From: Actinomycetota bacterium
Lineage (GTDB): Bacteria; Actinomycetota; Acidimicrobiia; IMCC26256; PALSA-555
DNA: 64,000 nt
Direction of reading: 5' to 3'
Assembly: GCA_016870245.1 (NCBI GenBank)
Contig: VGCA01000001.1
Span: 8,905-72,904 of the forward strand
Of the stretch, positions 9,855-18,924 are shown in pieces. The notes under the pieces are model-generated. The model ran no database searches. It worked only from the letters and a program-made list of their open reading frames with translations, and was not told the DNA's origin. Position numbers and translations under genes: made by a program. Each line of letters starts with the position of its first letter. Position 1 is the first letter of the stretch.

Positions 9855-11063
9855 TCAGCGAAGGAGGCCGAGCTTCTTCGCGTCGGCAGTGAGCCCGTCG
9901 CGGAACTTGTGGTGCGCGATGGCGATGAGCATCCGGGCCCGCTCCTCCATGGTGCGGCCCCGGAGCGACGCGATCCCGTACTCGGTGACCACGTGGTCGA
10001 CGGTGTTCTTCATGGTGGTGACCGGGGCGCCGGGGCACAGCCGCGTGACGACGCGCGACACGCGCTCGTCGCTGGTCGTGGAGTGCAGCACCACGAAGCC
10101 CTGTCCGTGCTCGCTGAACATGGCGCCGCGGGCGAAGTCGGTCTGCCCGCCGCTCCCCGAGTAGTAGGTCCCGCCGATCATCTCGGAGTTGCACTGCCCG
10201 AGCAGGTCGACCTCGATCGTCGCGTTGATCGACGCGAAGTGCGGCTCCCGACCGATCACCCGCGGGTCGTTCACCCAGTCGACGGGGAGGAACTGCACCG
10301 CGCTGTTGTCGTGCAGCGCCTCGTAGAGACGCCGGGTGCCGAGGGCGAAGGTGCCCACCGTCTTCCCGGGTCGGGTCACCTTCTTGGTGCCGTTCATCGC
10401 GCCCGACTCCATGAGGTCCATCACGCCGTCGGAGATCAGCTCGCTGTGGAGGCCGAGATCCTTCTTCTCGTGGAGCAGGGCGAGGATCGACTCGGGGATC
10501 GCGCCGATGCCGGACTGGATGGTGGCTCCGTCGGGGATGCGCTCGGCGACCAGCTCCGCAATGACCCGGTCCTTGGCCGACGGGGTGCGCGGCGGCACCT
10601 CGACGAGCGGGTAGTCGGCCACGGTCCAGCCGATCGCCTGGCTGAGGTGCAACGTGTTCTCGCCGAAGGTGCGGGGCATCGCGGGGTTGACCTCGAGGAA
10701 GAACCGGGCCCGCCCGACGAAGCGAGCCACGTAGTCGGCGTTGGTCCCGAGCGACACGTAGCCGTGCCGGTCGGGCGGTGAGCACGCGGCGATGAACAGC
10801 GGGTCGCGGGTGTGGCGATGGATCGCCAACGGCATGTCGCTGAAGTCGGTGGGCACGAAGTCGACCGTGCCGGCCGCATGCCCCGGACGGGTGACCTCGG
10901 ACAGGAAGTACGAGACGTGGCGCAGGTTGTCGCCGTACGCCGCGTGGAGGTAGGGGCGGTCATGGAGGCAGTGCATCTGGTGCACCCGCACGTTGCGGAG
11001 CTGCTCGCCGTGGGCGTCGATGGCGTCCATGACGGTCTTCGGCTCGCCGTTGGCGAGGGGCAT
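9855..11063 (-). CDS. Acetyl-CoA hydrolase/transferase family protein (4-hydroxybutyrate CoA-transferase-like); the true start is probably upstream of 11063
   Basis: ORF 9855..11063. Motifs include GEPKTVMDAI, QSGIGAIPE and YSGSGGQTDFARGA. The in-frame upstream region 11064-11165 encodes a conserved-looking N-terminus (SPESVLAFIHPGTDIV) but contains no ATG/GTG/TTG. Confidence 0.85.
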   Translation of the reverse strand: MPLANGEPKTVMDAIDAHGEQLRNVRVHQMHCLHDRPYLHAAYGDNLRHVSYFLSEVTRPGHAAGTVDFVPTDFSDMPLAIHRHTRDPLFIAACSPPDRHGYVSLGTNADYVARFVGRARFFLEVNPAMPRTFGENTLHLSQAIGWTVADYPLVEVPPRTPSAKDRVIAELVAERIPDGATIQSGIGAIPESILALLHEKKDLGLHSELISDGVMDLMESGAMNGTKKVTRPGKTVGTFALGTRRLYEALHDNSAVQFLPVDWVNDPRVIGREPHFASINATIEVDLLGQCNSEMIGGTYYSGSGGQTDFARGAMFSEHGQGFVVLHSTTSDERVSRVVTRLCPGAPVTTMKNTVDHVVTEYGIASLRGRTMEERARMLIAIAHHKFRDGLTADAKKLGLLR

Positions 11064-11141
11064 GACGATGTCGGTCCCGGGGTGGATGAACGCGAGGACG
11101 GACTCGGGTGACGAGGCAGGGGGTTGTGTGCTGATGGGAGG

Positions 11142-11169
11142 ATTCTGGCGAATCCGGACCGTGGGTCAA
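11142..11169 (-). promoter_or_regulatory. Candidate sigma-70-type promoter (TTGACC-16 nt-CAGAAT) for the CoA-transferase gene
   Basis: On the minus strand, TTGACC lies at 11169-11164 and CAGAAT at 11147-11142. This A/T-containing pair is conspicuous in a GC-rich background. It was found by eye only. Confidence 0.25.
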
Positions 11170-11238
11170 CAACCCGTGCGGTGAACTTCCGGTGACGGAT
11201 GACGGACCGCGCCGTTGGGGTGGGGCCGCCGCGCCCCC

Positions 11239-13065
11239 TCAGTCGAACCGGACGAGCCCGGCGACCGAGGCCACGGCGGCGTCCCGGTCGGTGCTCGTGG
11301 ACGCGGGCAGTGCCGCCGAGACGAGGAGGACGCGGTCGCCGAACCGGGCGAGGATCCCCCCGCCGGTCGGGGCCCGGTACGCCTCGTCGCCGATGCCGTC
11401 GACCGAGGGCGCCACGGTGCGGGGGAGGGCCCGGAGCGCGTCGATGGTCGCGCCGGGTACCCACGCCGTCACGACCCGACCACCGCCGTCGGTCACGTAC
11501 GTGGCGGAGGCGTGGTCCACCGCGAGGGGGTGCTCGACCGCGCCGGCCGGGGTGGTCACCGGCAGCCCGAGGGCGGCCGCGACGACGGCGGCATCGGGAA
11601 GGGGTGGGAGGGGTTCCGACGGGGTCGGTGAGATCGCGGCCGCGGGCCCACTCGACGCGACGACGACCGGCCCGTGGTCGATCACGGTGAGATCGGTCAC
11701 GTGGGCCAGCCAGCGCGACACCGACGCCCGGACGGTGTCGCCCTGACCGGCGTCCGGCGCGCGGTCGACCCGCCACGCCCGGACCCGGTCCCGGGTGCCG
11801 TCGTCCACCGCGACGTGCCAGTACTCGTTGTCGTCGTCGCCTCGGCTGCGGACCCGCAGCACGCGCCCTTCGATCGTCCGTCGGCCGCGCACCAGGTCCG
11901 CGACCCCCGACACGAGCATCGATGCGCCGGCCAGGGCCACGAAGGCGGCGAAGGCGGCGAAGGTCCCGGCGACCAGGCCGACGACCAGGCGGATCCACCA
12001 CGGCACGACCTCCTCCCCGGCGAAGTCGGCCGCGCCTTCGACGAGCCCCCGGGCCGCGGCGAGGACCGCCGGGCCGACGATCACGCCGAAGCACGCGACC
12101 ACGGCGCCGACCGCGGCCACCAGCGCGGGATGGCGTCCGTAGCCCGGGGGGAGCGACGACGGGTAGCGGATGCGCACGGGGCGCCAGCGGTCGCCGACCG
12201 GGCTCCAGGCGACCCGTTCGCGCTCGGTGCCCATCGGCAGCGCGGCGGCTGCCGCCCCCGTGAGGCCCATCGCCGCGCCGTAGGCCATGAGGCGTCCCCA
12301 CACCGCGACCGCCGCGGGCGGCTGCACCGGGAAGATCGGGTCGTCGGCGAGCATCTCGCGCAGTCCCAGCCACCGCTCGGCCACGGCGCGGCCGGCGGGC
12401 GTGTCGCGTTCTCCGCGGAGGCGACCCGCGGTCAGGCCCAGCCCGGCGGTGGTGACGACCGCCAGCGCCACCGCAGTCCCCACGGGGTCCTCGTCGGGGT
12501 CGTCGTGGGGGAGGGTCGCACCCGCCGCACCGACCGCCAGTCCCACGACGAGGGCACCTGCGAGCAGGGCGGCGCGCGCGGCGGGGCTCCACCGTGCGCG
12601 TGACCAGCCGCGCGCACGGGCGTCGGTCATGACCGCCCGCTCGAACCGCGTCCACCAGCCGCGGGCCTCGGCCTCCGGCCCGGTGGTGAGCGCCTCGGCC
12701 GGGATCATCCCGTCGCGCGTCTCCGCCGCCAGGCCGCGGAGGTGGTCGAGCACCTGGCGCTCGTAGGAGGTCACCGCGTCGGTGGCGGCGTCACCGTGGG
12801 TGCGGACGCGGACGAACGTGTGGGGAGCGATCCACTCCACGGCGACGTGGCGGCGGGCGGCGAGGTCGAGCACCGTGGCCGTCACGGCGTCGCGGTCGAG
12901 CTCCCAGTCACTGGTGACGAGGGCGACGAGTGCGGCCGGCGCGTCGTCGGGCGGATCCAGGGTGGGTGCACCGGGCTCGACGGCCCGTGGCTCGCTCGCC
13001 GCGGCGAGCCCGGCGAGGAGCACGCACCACAGTGCCGCCGTCGCAGCGGCGATGATCCAGGCCAT
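11239..13065 (-). CDS. Hypothetical multi-pass membrane protein with a soluble C-terminal region
   Basis: ORF 11239..13065, 608 aa. It has an N-terminal signal/TM segment, several hydrophobic segments in the middle, and protein-like composition with high GC3. It is vaguely DUF2207-like but not confidently assigned. Confidence 0.7.
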   Translation of the reverse strand: MAWIIAAATAALWCVLLAGLAAASEPRAVEPGAPTLDPPDDAPAALVALVTSDWELDRDAVTATVLDLAARRHVAVEWIAPHTFVRVRTHGDAATDAVTSYERQVLDHLRGLAAETRDGMIPAEALTTGPEAEARGWWTRFERAVMTDARARGWSRARWSPAARAALLAGALVVGLAVGAAGATLPHDDPDEDPVGTAVALAVVTTAGLGLTAGRLRGERDTPAGRAVAERWLGLREMLADDPIFPVQPPAAVAVWGRLMAYGAAMGLTGAAAAALPMGTERERVAWSPVGDRWRPVRIRYPSSLPPGYGRHPALVAAVGAVVACFGVIVGPAVLAAARGLVEGAADFAGEEVVPWWIRLVVGLVAGTFAAFAAFVALAGASMLVSGVADLVRGRRTIEGRVLRVRSRGDDDNEYWHVAVDDGTRDRVRAWRVDRAPDAGQGDTVRASVSRWLAHVTDLTVIDHGPVVVASSGPAAAISPTPSEPLPPLPDAAVVAAALGLPVTTPAGAVEHPLAVDHASATYVTDGGGRVVTAWVPGATIDALRALPRTVAPSVDGIGDEAYRAPTGGGILARFGDRVLLVSAALPASTSTDRDAAVASVAGLVRFD

Positions 13066-13095
13066 GGCGATCCGGGCCGGGCGGGACGCGGACCG

Positions 13096-13986
13096 TCAGG
13101 CCCGGCCCGTCGCCTCGGCGATCTTGAACACCCGCATCGCGTTCTCCCGCAGGAACTTCGGCCACACCTCGTCCTTGAACGGGACGTTCGGCAGGTCGGC
13201 GAACTGGCGCTCGAGCGTGAGCCCGGCGGGGAAGTAGCCGCAGTACATGATCTTGTCGGCGCCGCGGGTGTTGGCGTACTTGATGATGTCCTCGGGGTAG
13301 TGCTTCGGCGCGAACGCGCTCGTGAGGTAGTACAGGCCCGGCCACTTGAGCATCAGCTTCACGGCGAGCGCGGTCCACGGCTCGCAGCCGTGCATGGTGC
13401 AGAGCGTGAGCTCGGGGAAGTCGTAGCAGACCCGGTCGAGGCGCATGACCTCCTGCGGCGAGCTGGGCATGCGCGGGCCCACGATGCCGGCGTTGACGCA
13501 CACGGGGATGTCGAGCTCCACTGCCCGCATGTAGATCGGGTACATGAGCGGGCTGTCGATGTCGACCTGGGGCACCTGCCCGCACGGGAACACCGACACC
13601 GACACGATGCCGTGCTCCTCCTTGGCCTGCGCCATCTTGCGGATGGCGGCCATGCCCTCGTTGGGGTTCACCGAGAGGTTGAGCACGAACCGGTCGGGGT
13701 GGCGGCGCCGGGCCTCGATGCTGCGGTCGTTGAGCCCCGTCATCGCGATCTCGATGCCGAACGCGTCCATCTTGTCGATGACCCACTGCACGACGTCGGT
13801 ATCGGGGTCGACCACGTCGGGGACGCCCTTGAACATGTACTCCGCCGGGAACTCGAAGTCCTTCGCACTCTGCTCGTCCTTGAGGAGCGGGCGGAAGAAG
13901 TCGTAGGTCGCCTTCTTCTCCTCGACGCTGGTGTGGGGGAACCCCAGCATGAGGTCGACGACGCCGATGTCGGTGGGCATGGCCAT
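13096..13986 (-). CDS. Amidohydrolase family protein
   Basis: ORF 13096..13986, 296 aa. TIM-barrel amidohydrolase-like pattern (VDLMLGFP, VNAGIVGP, CTMHGCEPW). It is more diverged than the other four. Confidence 0.7.
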   Translation of the reverse strand: MAMPTDIGVVDLMLGFPHTSVEEKKATYDFFRPLLKDEQSAKDFEFPAEYMFKGVPDVVDPDTDVVQWVIDKMDAFGIEIAMTGLNDRSIEARRRHPDRFVLNLSVNPNEGMAAIRKMAQAKEEHGIVSVSVFPCGQVPQVDIDSPLMYPIYMRAVELDIPVCVNAGIVGPRMPSSPQEVMRLDRVCYDFPELTLCTMHGCEPWTALAVKLMLKWPGLYYLTSAFAPKHYPEDIIKYANTRGADKIMYCGYFPAGLTLERQFADLPNVPFKDEVWPKFLRENAMRVFKIAEATGRA

Positions 13987-14100
13987 CTGCGGAACTTAGG
14001 CAGCGGCCGCACGGTCGCGCTAGCCGCCGGAGCAACGGGCCGGGCCGGTTGACATCTGCGGTGCTGGCTTGGGATCCTCGCTGTCGACGAAGGGGGAACG

Positions 14101-15303
14101 ATGACCTACGGCGCCGTAGTCACCAGCGAGGAGGCCGCGCGGATCGCGTACGAGCGGTCCGCATGTCCCCGGGAGTTCTTCGCCCAGCGCAGGGCCGACG
14201 GTTCGGTCGAGCAGCTGTCGCCGAACGACGTGATGCTGCTCCGCCGGGTCGACGTCGAGCACGCGCTGAAGCACTGGGAGGACTACTCGTCGGACTTCGC
14301 GGGGATCATGGGCAGCGAGGAGCCGATCATCCCGCTCAACGTCGACCCGCCGCTGCACGTCAAGTACCGGCGGCTGCTCGACCCGTACTTCGCTCCGAAG
14401 AAGATGGCCGCCCTCCAGCCTGCGGTGCAGCGGCACACCAACGACCTCATCGACGCGTTCGTCGACCAGGGGCATTGCGACTTCTCGGCCGAGATCGCAG
14501 TGCCGCTGCCGTGCTCGACGTTCCTGAGCCTCTTCGGCCTGCCGCTCGACGAGCTCGACGACCTCGTGCGGTGGAAGGACATCATGATCCGCCCGCAGAG
14601 CGTGGAGCCCGACGCCGAGAAGGCGCTCGCGCTCCAGGCCGCGACGGCGAAGGAGATCTACGGGCGCTTCGCCGTCGAGATGGCCGACCGGCGGGCAAAC
14701 CCGCGCGACGACCTCATCTCCCACCTCACCCATGCCGAGATCGACGGCGAGCACCTGACCGACAGCGAGGTGCTGCGCACGTGCTTCCTCATGCTGTCGG
14801 CCGGGCTCGACACGGTGACCGTCTCGCTCCAGTGCATCTTCTCGTACCTCCTCGAGCACGACGACGCGCGGCGGATGCTCGTCGCCGAGCCCGGATCCGA
14901 GGTGAACCTGATCGAGGAGCTGCTGCGCTGGGAGACGCCGGTCCAGGCCGTCGCCCGCCGGGCGACCCACGACATCGAGCTCGATGACGGGACGGTGATC
15001 CCTGCGGGGACGCAGGTGTCGATCGGCATCGCCTCCGCCAACGTCGACCCCGACGGGCTCCCCGGCGCCGACACCGCCGACGTGCGGCGTGGCGACCTGC
15101 GCAACTACGCGTTCGGCGGTGGCCCACACCGGTGCCTCGGGTCCAACCTCGCTCGCATGGAGCTGCGCACCGTGGTGCGCACCTGGCACGACCGCATCCC
15201 CGAGTACTCGCTCGCGCCGGGGGCCGAGATGGTCTGGAACAGCTCCTTGCTGCGCGGGGTCGACCACCTGCCGCTGGTGTGGCCGACGGAGGGCACCCGA
15301 TGA
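14101..15303 (+). CDS. Cytochrome P450
   Basis: ORF 14101..15303. Heme-binding loop FGGGPHRCLGSNLA and an EELLRWETP (ExxR) motif. Confidence 0.95.
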   Translation: MTYGAVVTSEEAARIAYERSACPREFFAQRRADGSVEQLSPNDVMLLRRVDVEHALKHWEDYSSDFAGIMGSEEPIIPLNVDPPLHVKYRRLLDPYFAPKKMAALQPAVQRHTNDLIDAFVDQGHCDFSAEIAVPLPCSTFLSLFGLPLDELDDLVRWKDIMIRPQSVEPDAEKALALQAATAKEIYGRFAVEMADRRANPRDDLISHLTHAEIDGEHLTDSEVLRTCFLMLSAGLDTVTVSLQCIFSYLLEHDDARRMLVAEPGSEVNLIEELLRWETPVQAVARRATHDIELDDGTVIPAGTQVSIGIASANVDPDGLPGADTADVRRGDLRNYAFGGGPHRCLGSNLARMELRTVVRTWHDRIPEYSLAPGAEMVWNSSLLRGVDHLPLVWPTEGTR

Positions 15304-15497
15304 GGATCCGCATCGACGAGGAGCGCTGCGAGGGCCACGGCCGCTGCTGGGAGACCGCACCCGATCTCGTCGAGGACGACGACCGCGGTCGCGGCGTGGT
15401 GCGCGACCCCGACGCGCCCGTGGCGCCCGAGCACGAGGCCCAGGCCCGCCAGGCCGCCAACGTCTGCCCCGAGCGTGCCGTGATCCTCGACCCCTGA
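15300..15497 (+). CDS. Small ferredoxin (single-cluster, P450 redox partner type)
   Basis: ATG at 15300 overlaps the P450 TGA (ATGA). 65 aa beginning MRIRIDEERCEGHGRC...VCPERAV, with a CxxHxxC...CP cluster motif. Confidence 0.85.
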   Translation: MRIRIDEERCEGHGRCWETAPDLVEDDDRGRGVVRDPDAPVAPEHEAQARQAANVCPERAVILDP

Positions 15498-15500
15498 GAC

Positions 15501-15549
15501 GTTTTGGCGTCCCCACGGCCGCGGATCGATGCGCTGGGGACGCCAAAAC
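15501..15549. terminator. 15-16 bp perfect hairpin between convergent genes, followed by a G11 run
   Basis: The arm GTTTTGGCGTCCCCA (15501-15515) pairs with TGGGGACGCCAAAAC (15535-15549) around a 19-nt loop. G11 lies at 15550-15560. The stops are at 15497 (+) and 15563 (-). There is no U-tract. Confidence 0.4.
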
Positions 15550-15562
15550 GGGGGGGGGGGCG

Positions 15563-17155
15563 TCAGTCGACGGGGGGCTGCTCGTCGGCCATCTCCCGCA
15601 GCTTGTTCTTGAGGATCTTGTCGAGCGTGCCGAGCGGGAACGCGTCGACGAAGTAGACGGCGCGGGGCACCTTGAAGCCGGCCAGGCTGTCGCGGCACAT
15701 CCCGATCACCTCGCCCTCCACCGCAGCCTGGTCGTGGTCGCCGGGTGTGGGGATCACGAACGCGACCGGCACCTCGTCGAGGAACGGGTGCTGCTTGCCG
15801 ACGACCGCGACCTGCGCCACGGCCGGGTGGGTGAGGACGAGGTCCTCGACCTCCTTGGCCGACACGTTCTCGCCGCCCACCTTGAGCAGGTCCTTGTCGC
15901 GCTCCTGGTAGAAGACGTTGCCGCCCGGGCCCATCTGGACCATGTCGCCGGTCTTGAACCAGCCGTCCTCGAAGGCCTTGGCGTTGGCCTCGGGGTTGTC
16001 GTAGTACTCGAGGAACAGCTGGATGCCCCGGGTGGCGCGCAGCCAGAGCTCGCCGGTCTGCCCCTCGGTGCAGAGCGCGCCGGTCTCCTTGTCGACGACG
16101 GCGATCTCGTAGCCGGGGGTGACGTGGCCCATGGAGCGGTAGGGGAGCTGCTCCGACGGCTTGGCGGTGATGGAGTGGGTGACCGTCTCGGTCATGCCGT
16201 ACGCGGCGTAGATGCCGATCCCCGCGGCTCGCTCGAGGTCGGGGACCATCAGACCGAACACGCCCACCCGCAGCCGGTGCTCGGCCGGCTTGTCGGGGCT
16301 CATGAGGTTGGGGATGACGAACGGCATCACCGAGGTGTGGGTGACGCCGTGCTCGACCACCGTCGGCCAGAAGCGGCTCTGCGACCACTTCGGCATCAGC
16401 ACGGCCGTCGCACCCACGCCGAGCACCGAGAAGAAGGACCACGACTGCGCGTTCACGTGGAAGAACGGCAGGAAGATGATGTAGGTGTCGTCGGTCGTCA
16501 GGTCGATGTTGCGCGGGCCGGTGCGGCTCGCCCACACCGCGTTGGCGTGGGTGTGCACCACGGCCTTGGGCCGGCTCGTGGTGCCCGAGGTGAACATGAT
16601 CCCGAACGGCAGCATCGGCTCGGCCGGCCGGCCCGCCCAGTCGGCGGGGTCGGCGAGCAGCGCGTCGAACGACTCGAATCCGTGGGCGGCCTCGTCGGCC
16701 GTCGCCGGCTCGCCGCTGTTGTCGCCCGTGACCGCGATCCACCCCAACGCGGGCGCGGCCTCGGCGACCATCGCCGCGAACTGCGGTTGGGTGATCGCGG
16801 CGACCGCACCGGTGTGCTCGGCGAAGTAGGTCATCTCGGCGCCGACCGACTTGGTGTTGGTGGTGACCCCGACCGCCCCGAGGGTGGCGCAGGCGAGCCA
16901 CGACAGCACCAGCTCGGGGCAGTTCTCGGCGTGGATGAGCACCTTGTCGCCCTTGCTGATCCCGCGGGCCGCGAGGCCGGCGGCCAGCCCCCGCACGTCG
17001 GCCCACAGGTCGGCGTAGGTCCATCGGCGCCCCGCGCCCTCCCGGGGGGTCCAGACCAGGACCGGGTGCTCGGGCTTGTGGCCGGCCCAATGGGCGAGGA
17101 GGCCGGGGATGTCCTGGTCGAACATCTGGAACTGCTGGAGTGCGGCGTCGTCCAT
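15563..17155 (-). CDS. AMP-dependent acyl-CoA synthetase/ligase
   Basis: ORF 15563..17155. AMP-binding motif FTSGTTSRPKAVVHTH, YGMTET, and C-terminal GKILKNKLR. Confidence 0.95.
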   Translation of the reverse strand: MDDAALQQFQMFDQDIPGLLAHWAGHKPEHPVLVWTPREGAGRRWTYADLWADVRGLAAGLAARGISKGDKVLIHAENCPELVLSWLACATLGAVGVTTNTKSVGAEMTYFAEHTGAVAAITQPQFAAMVAEAAPALGWIAVTGDNSGEPATADEAAHGFESFDALLADPADWAGRPAEPMLPFGIMFTSGTTSRPKAVVHTHANAVWASRTGPRNIDLTTDDTYIIFLPFFHVNAQSWSFFSVLGVGATAVLMPKWSQSRFWPTVVEHGVTHTSVMPFVIPNLMSPDKPAEHRLRVGVFGLMVPDLERAAGIGIYAAYGMTETVTHSITAKPSEQLPYRSMGHVTPGYEIAVVDKETGALCTEGQTGELWLRATRGIQLFLEYYDNPEANAKAFEDGWFKTGDMVQMGPGGNVFYQERDKDLLKVGGENVSAKEVEDLVLTHPAVAQVAVVGKQHPFLDEVPVAFVIPTPGDHDQAAVEGEVIGMCRDSLAGFKVPRAVYFVDAFPLGTLDKILKNKLREMADEQPPVD

Positions 17156-17244
17156 GGGGGCATTGTGGACCGTGGGGCGGGCGGCAGCCGAACTGCCACC
17201 GGGCCCCGTGCGGACGACGCGGGCGCATCGGTACGCTCCGTCGC

Positions 17245-18870
17245 GTGACCGACTCCCCGACCGCCGAGTTCGATGCCGTCGTCGTGGGCGCGGGCATGGC
17301 CGGCCTCTATTCGCTGTGGCGGTTGCGCCGGCTCGGCTTCACCGCGGTGGCGATCGAGCAGGGCGACGGGGTGGGCGGCACCTGGTTCTGGAACCGGTAT
17401 CCGGGGTGTCGCTGCGACGTGCCGAGCCTCGAGTACTCGTTCGGCTTCTCGCCCGAGCTCGAGCAGGAGTGGGAGTGGACCGAGGTCTTCCCGTCGCAGC
17501 CCGAGATCGAGCGCTACCTGAACCACGTGGCGGATCGCTTCGACCTACGGCGTGACATCCGGCTCTCCACGAAGGTCACCGGCGCGACCTACGGCGAGGA
17601 CGCGCGCACGTGGACGGTCTCCACCGACGCGGGCGACGCGATCACCGCGCGGTTCGTGATCATGGCGACGGGCGCGCTCTCGGTGCCCCAGGTCCCCGCG
17701 ATCGACGGGATCGACGACTTCGCGGGCCCGTTGATCTACACGAGCACGTGGCCGCACGACCCGGTCGACCTCGCCGGGAAGCGGGTGGGGCTCGTGGGCA
17801 CCGGCTCGTCGGGCGTGCAGGCCACGCCCGAGCTGGCCGACATGGCCGGGCACCTCTGGGTGTTCCAGCGCACGCCGACGTTCACCTGGCCGTCGCACAA
17901 CGGTCCGCTCGACCCCGCGGTGCAGGCCGAGGCCAAGGCCCACTACCGCGCGCTGCGCGCCGGCCAGCGGACCAGCCCCGGTGGGGTCACGGGGTCGACG
18001 GGGGCGATCATCCTCCAGAGCGCCGAGGAGCAGCGCAGCATCCTCGAGGCCTCCGAGGAGGAGCGGCTCGCCGCGCTCGAGGAGCTCGGGTGGGACGGCA
18101 CGCGCGTGTGGGGCGACGCCCTCGTCGACCCCGACGCCAACGAGGCGGCGGTCGAGCTGTACCGCGAGATGGTGCGACGCACGGTCGACGATCCCGAGCT
18201 CGCGGAGTCGTTGTCGCCGCGGGGCTTCCCGATGCACTGCAAGCGGCCGGTGATCGACTCGCACTACTTCGAGACGTTCAACCGCGACGACGTCACCCTC
18301 GTGGACCTTCGCCAGGGGGGCATCGACCGGATCGACGCCACCGGCATCCAGACCGCGCAGGGCCACTACGACCTCGACGTGATCGTCCTCGCCACCGGCT
18401 TCGACGCGATGACGGGCGCAGCCACCCGCATCGACCTGCGCGGTCGGGGTGGGCGGCTGCTGCGCGACGAGTGGGCCGGTGGCCCCCGCTCCTACCTGGG
18501 CCTCCAGTCGGCCGGGTTCCCCAACCTGTTCACCGTGACCGGACCGGGGAGCCCGTCGGTGCTGGCCAACGTGGTGGTCTGCATCGAGCAGCACGTGGAG
18601 TGGATCACCGACTGCATGGCGCACATGCGTGAGCGCGGGTTCACCGAGGTCGAGCCGACGGTCGAGGCCCAGGACGGCTGGGTCGACCACGTCAACGAGA
18701 TCGCGGCGCCCACGATGATGGTGGCCCCCACCTGCAACTCCTGGTACGTGGGCGCCAACATCCCCGGCAAGCCCCGGGCGCTCATGCCCTACGTGGGCGG
18801 GCTCGACCGCTACACCGCGGCGTGCGACGAGGTCGTCGCCGACGGCTACCGGGGCTTCGTGTTCACCTGA
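17245..18870 (+). CDS. Baeyer-Villiger (cyclohexanone-type) flavin monooxygenase
   Basis: Part of ORF 17140..18870, GTG at 17245. GAGMAG FAD motif, GGTWFWNRYPG, fingerprint FAGPLIYTSTWP, and GTGSSG NADP motif. Confidence 0.9.
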   Translation: MTDSPTAEFDAVVVGAGMAGLYSLWRLRRLGFTAVAIEQGDGVGGTWFWNRYPGCRCDVPSLEYSFGFSPELEQEWEWTEVFPSQPEIERYLNHVADRFDLRRDIRLSTKVTGATYGEDARTWTVSTDAGDAITARFVIMATGALSVPQVPAIDGIDDFAGPLIYTSTWPHDPVDLAGKRVGLVGTGSSGVQATPELADMAGHLWVFQRTPTFTWPSHNGPLDPAVQAEAKAHYRALRAGQRTSPGGVTGSTGAIILQSAEEQRSILEASEEERLAALEELGWDGTRVWGDALVDPDANEAAVELYREMVRRTVDDPELAESLSPRGFPMHCKRPVIDSHYFETFNRDDVTLVDLRQGGIDRIDATGIQTAQGHYDLDVIVLATGFDAMTGAATRIDLRGRGGRLLRDEWAGGPRSYLGLQSAGFPNLFTVTGPGSPSVLANVVVCIEQHVEWITDCMAHMRERGFTEVEPTVEAQDGWVDHVNEIAAPTMMVAPTCNSWYVGANIPGKPRALMPYVGGLDRYTAACDEVVADGYRGFVFT

Positions 18871-18924
18871 CCCGCTGCGCGAGACTGCGGCTCCTTCGAC
18901 CGCGGCTCCCCAGGAGGCCCACCC

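Noticed and set aside
15501-15549. The hairpin considered as a canonical Rho-independent terminator, and its loop (GGATCGATGCGC) considered as a relative of the GATGCGC...GTCGATCC repeat family.
   Set aside because: No U-tract follows the stem on either strand, so it is listed only as a low-confidence terminator-like hairpin. The loop similarity covers about 11 nt of low-information sequence and could easily be chance.
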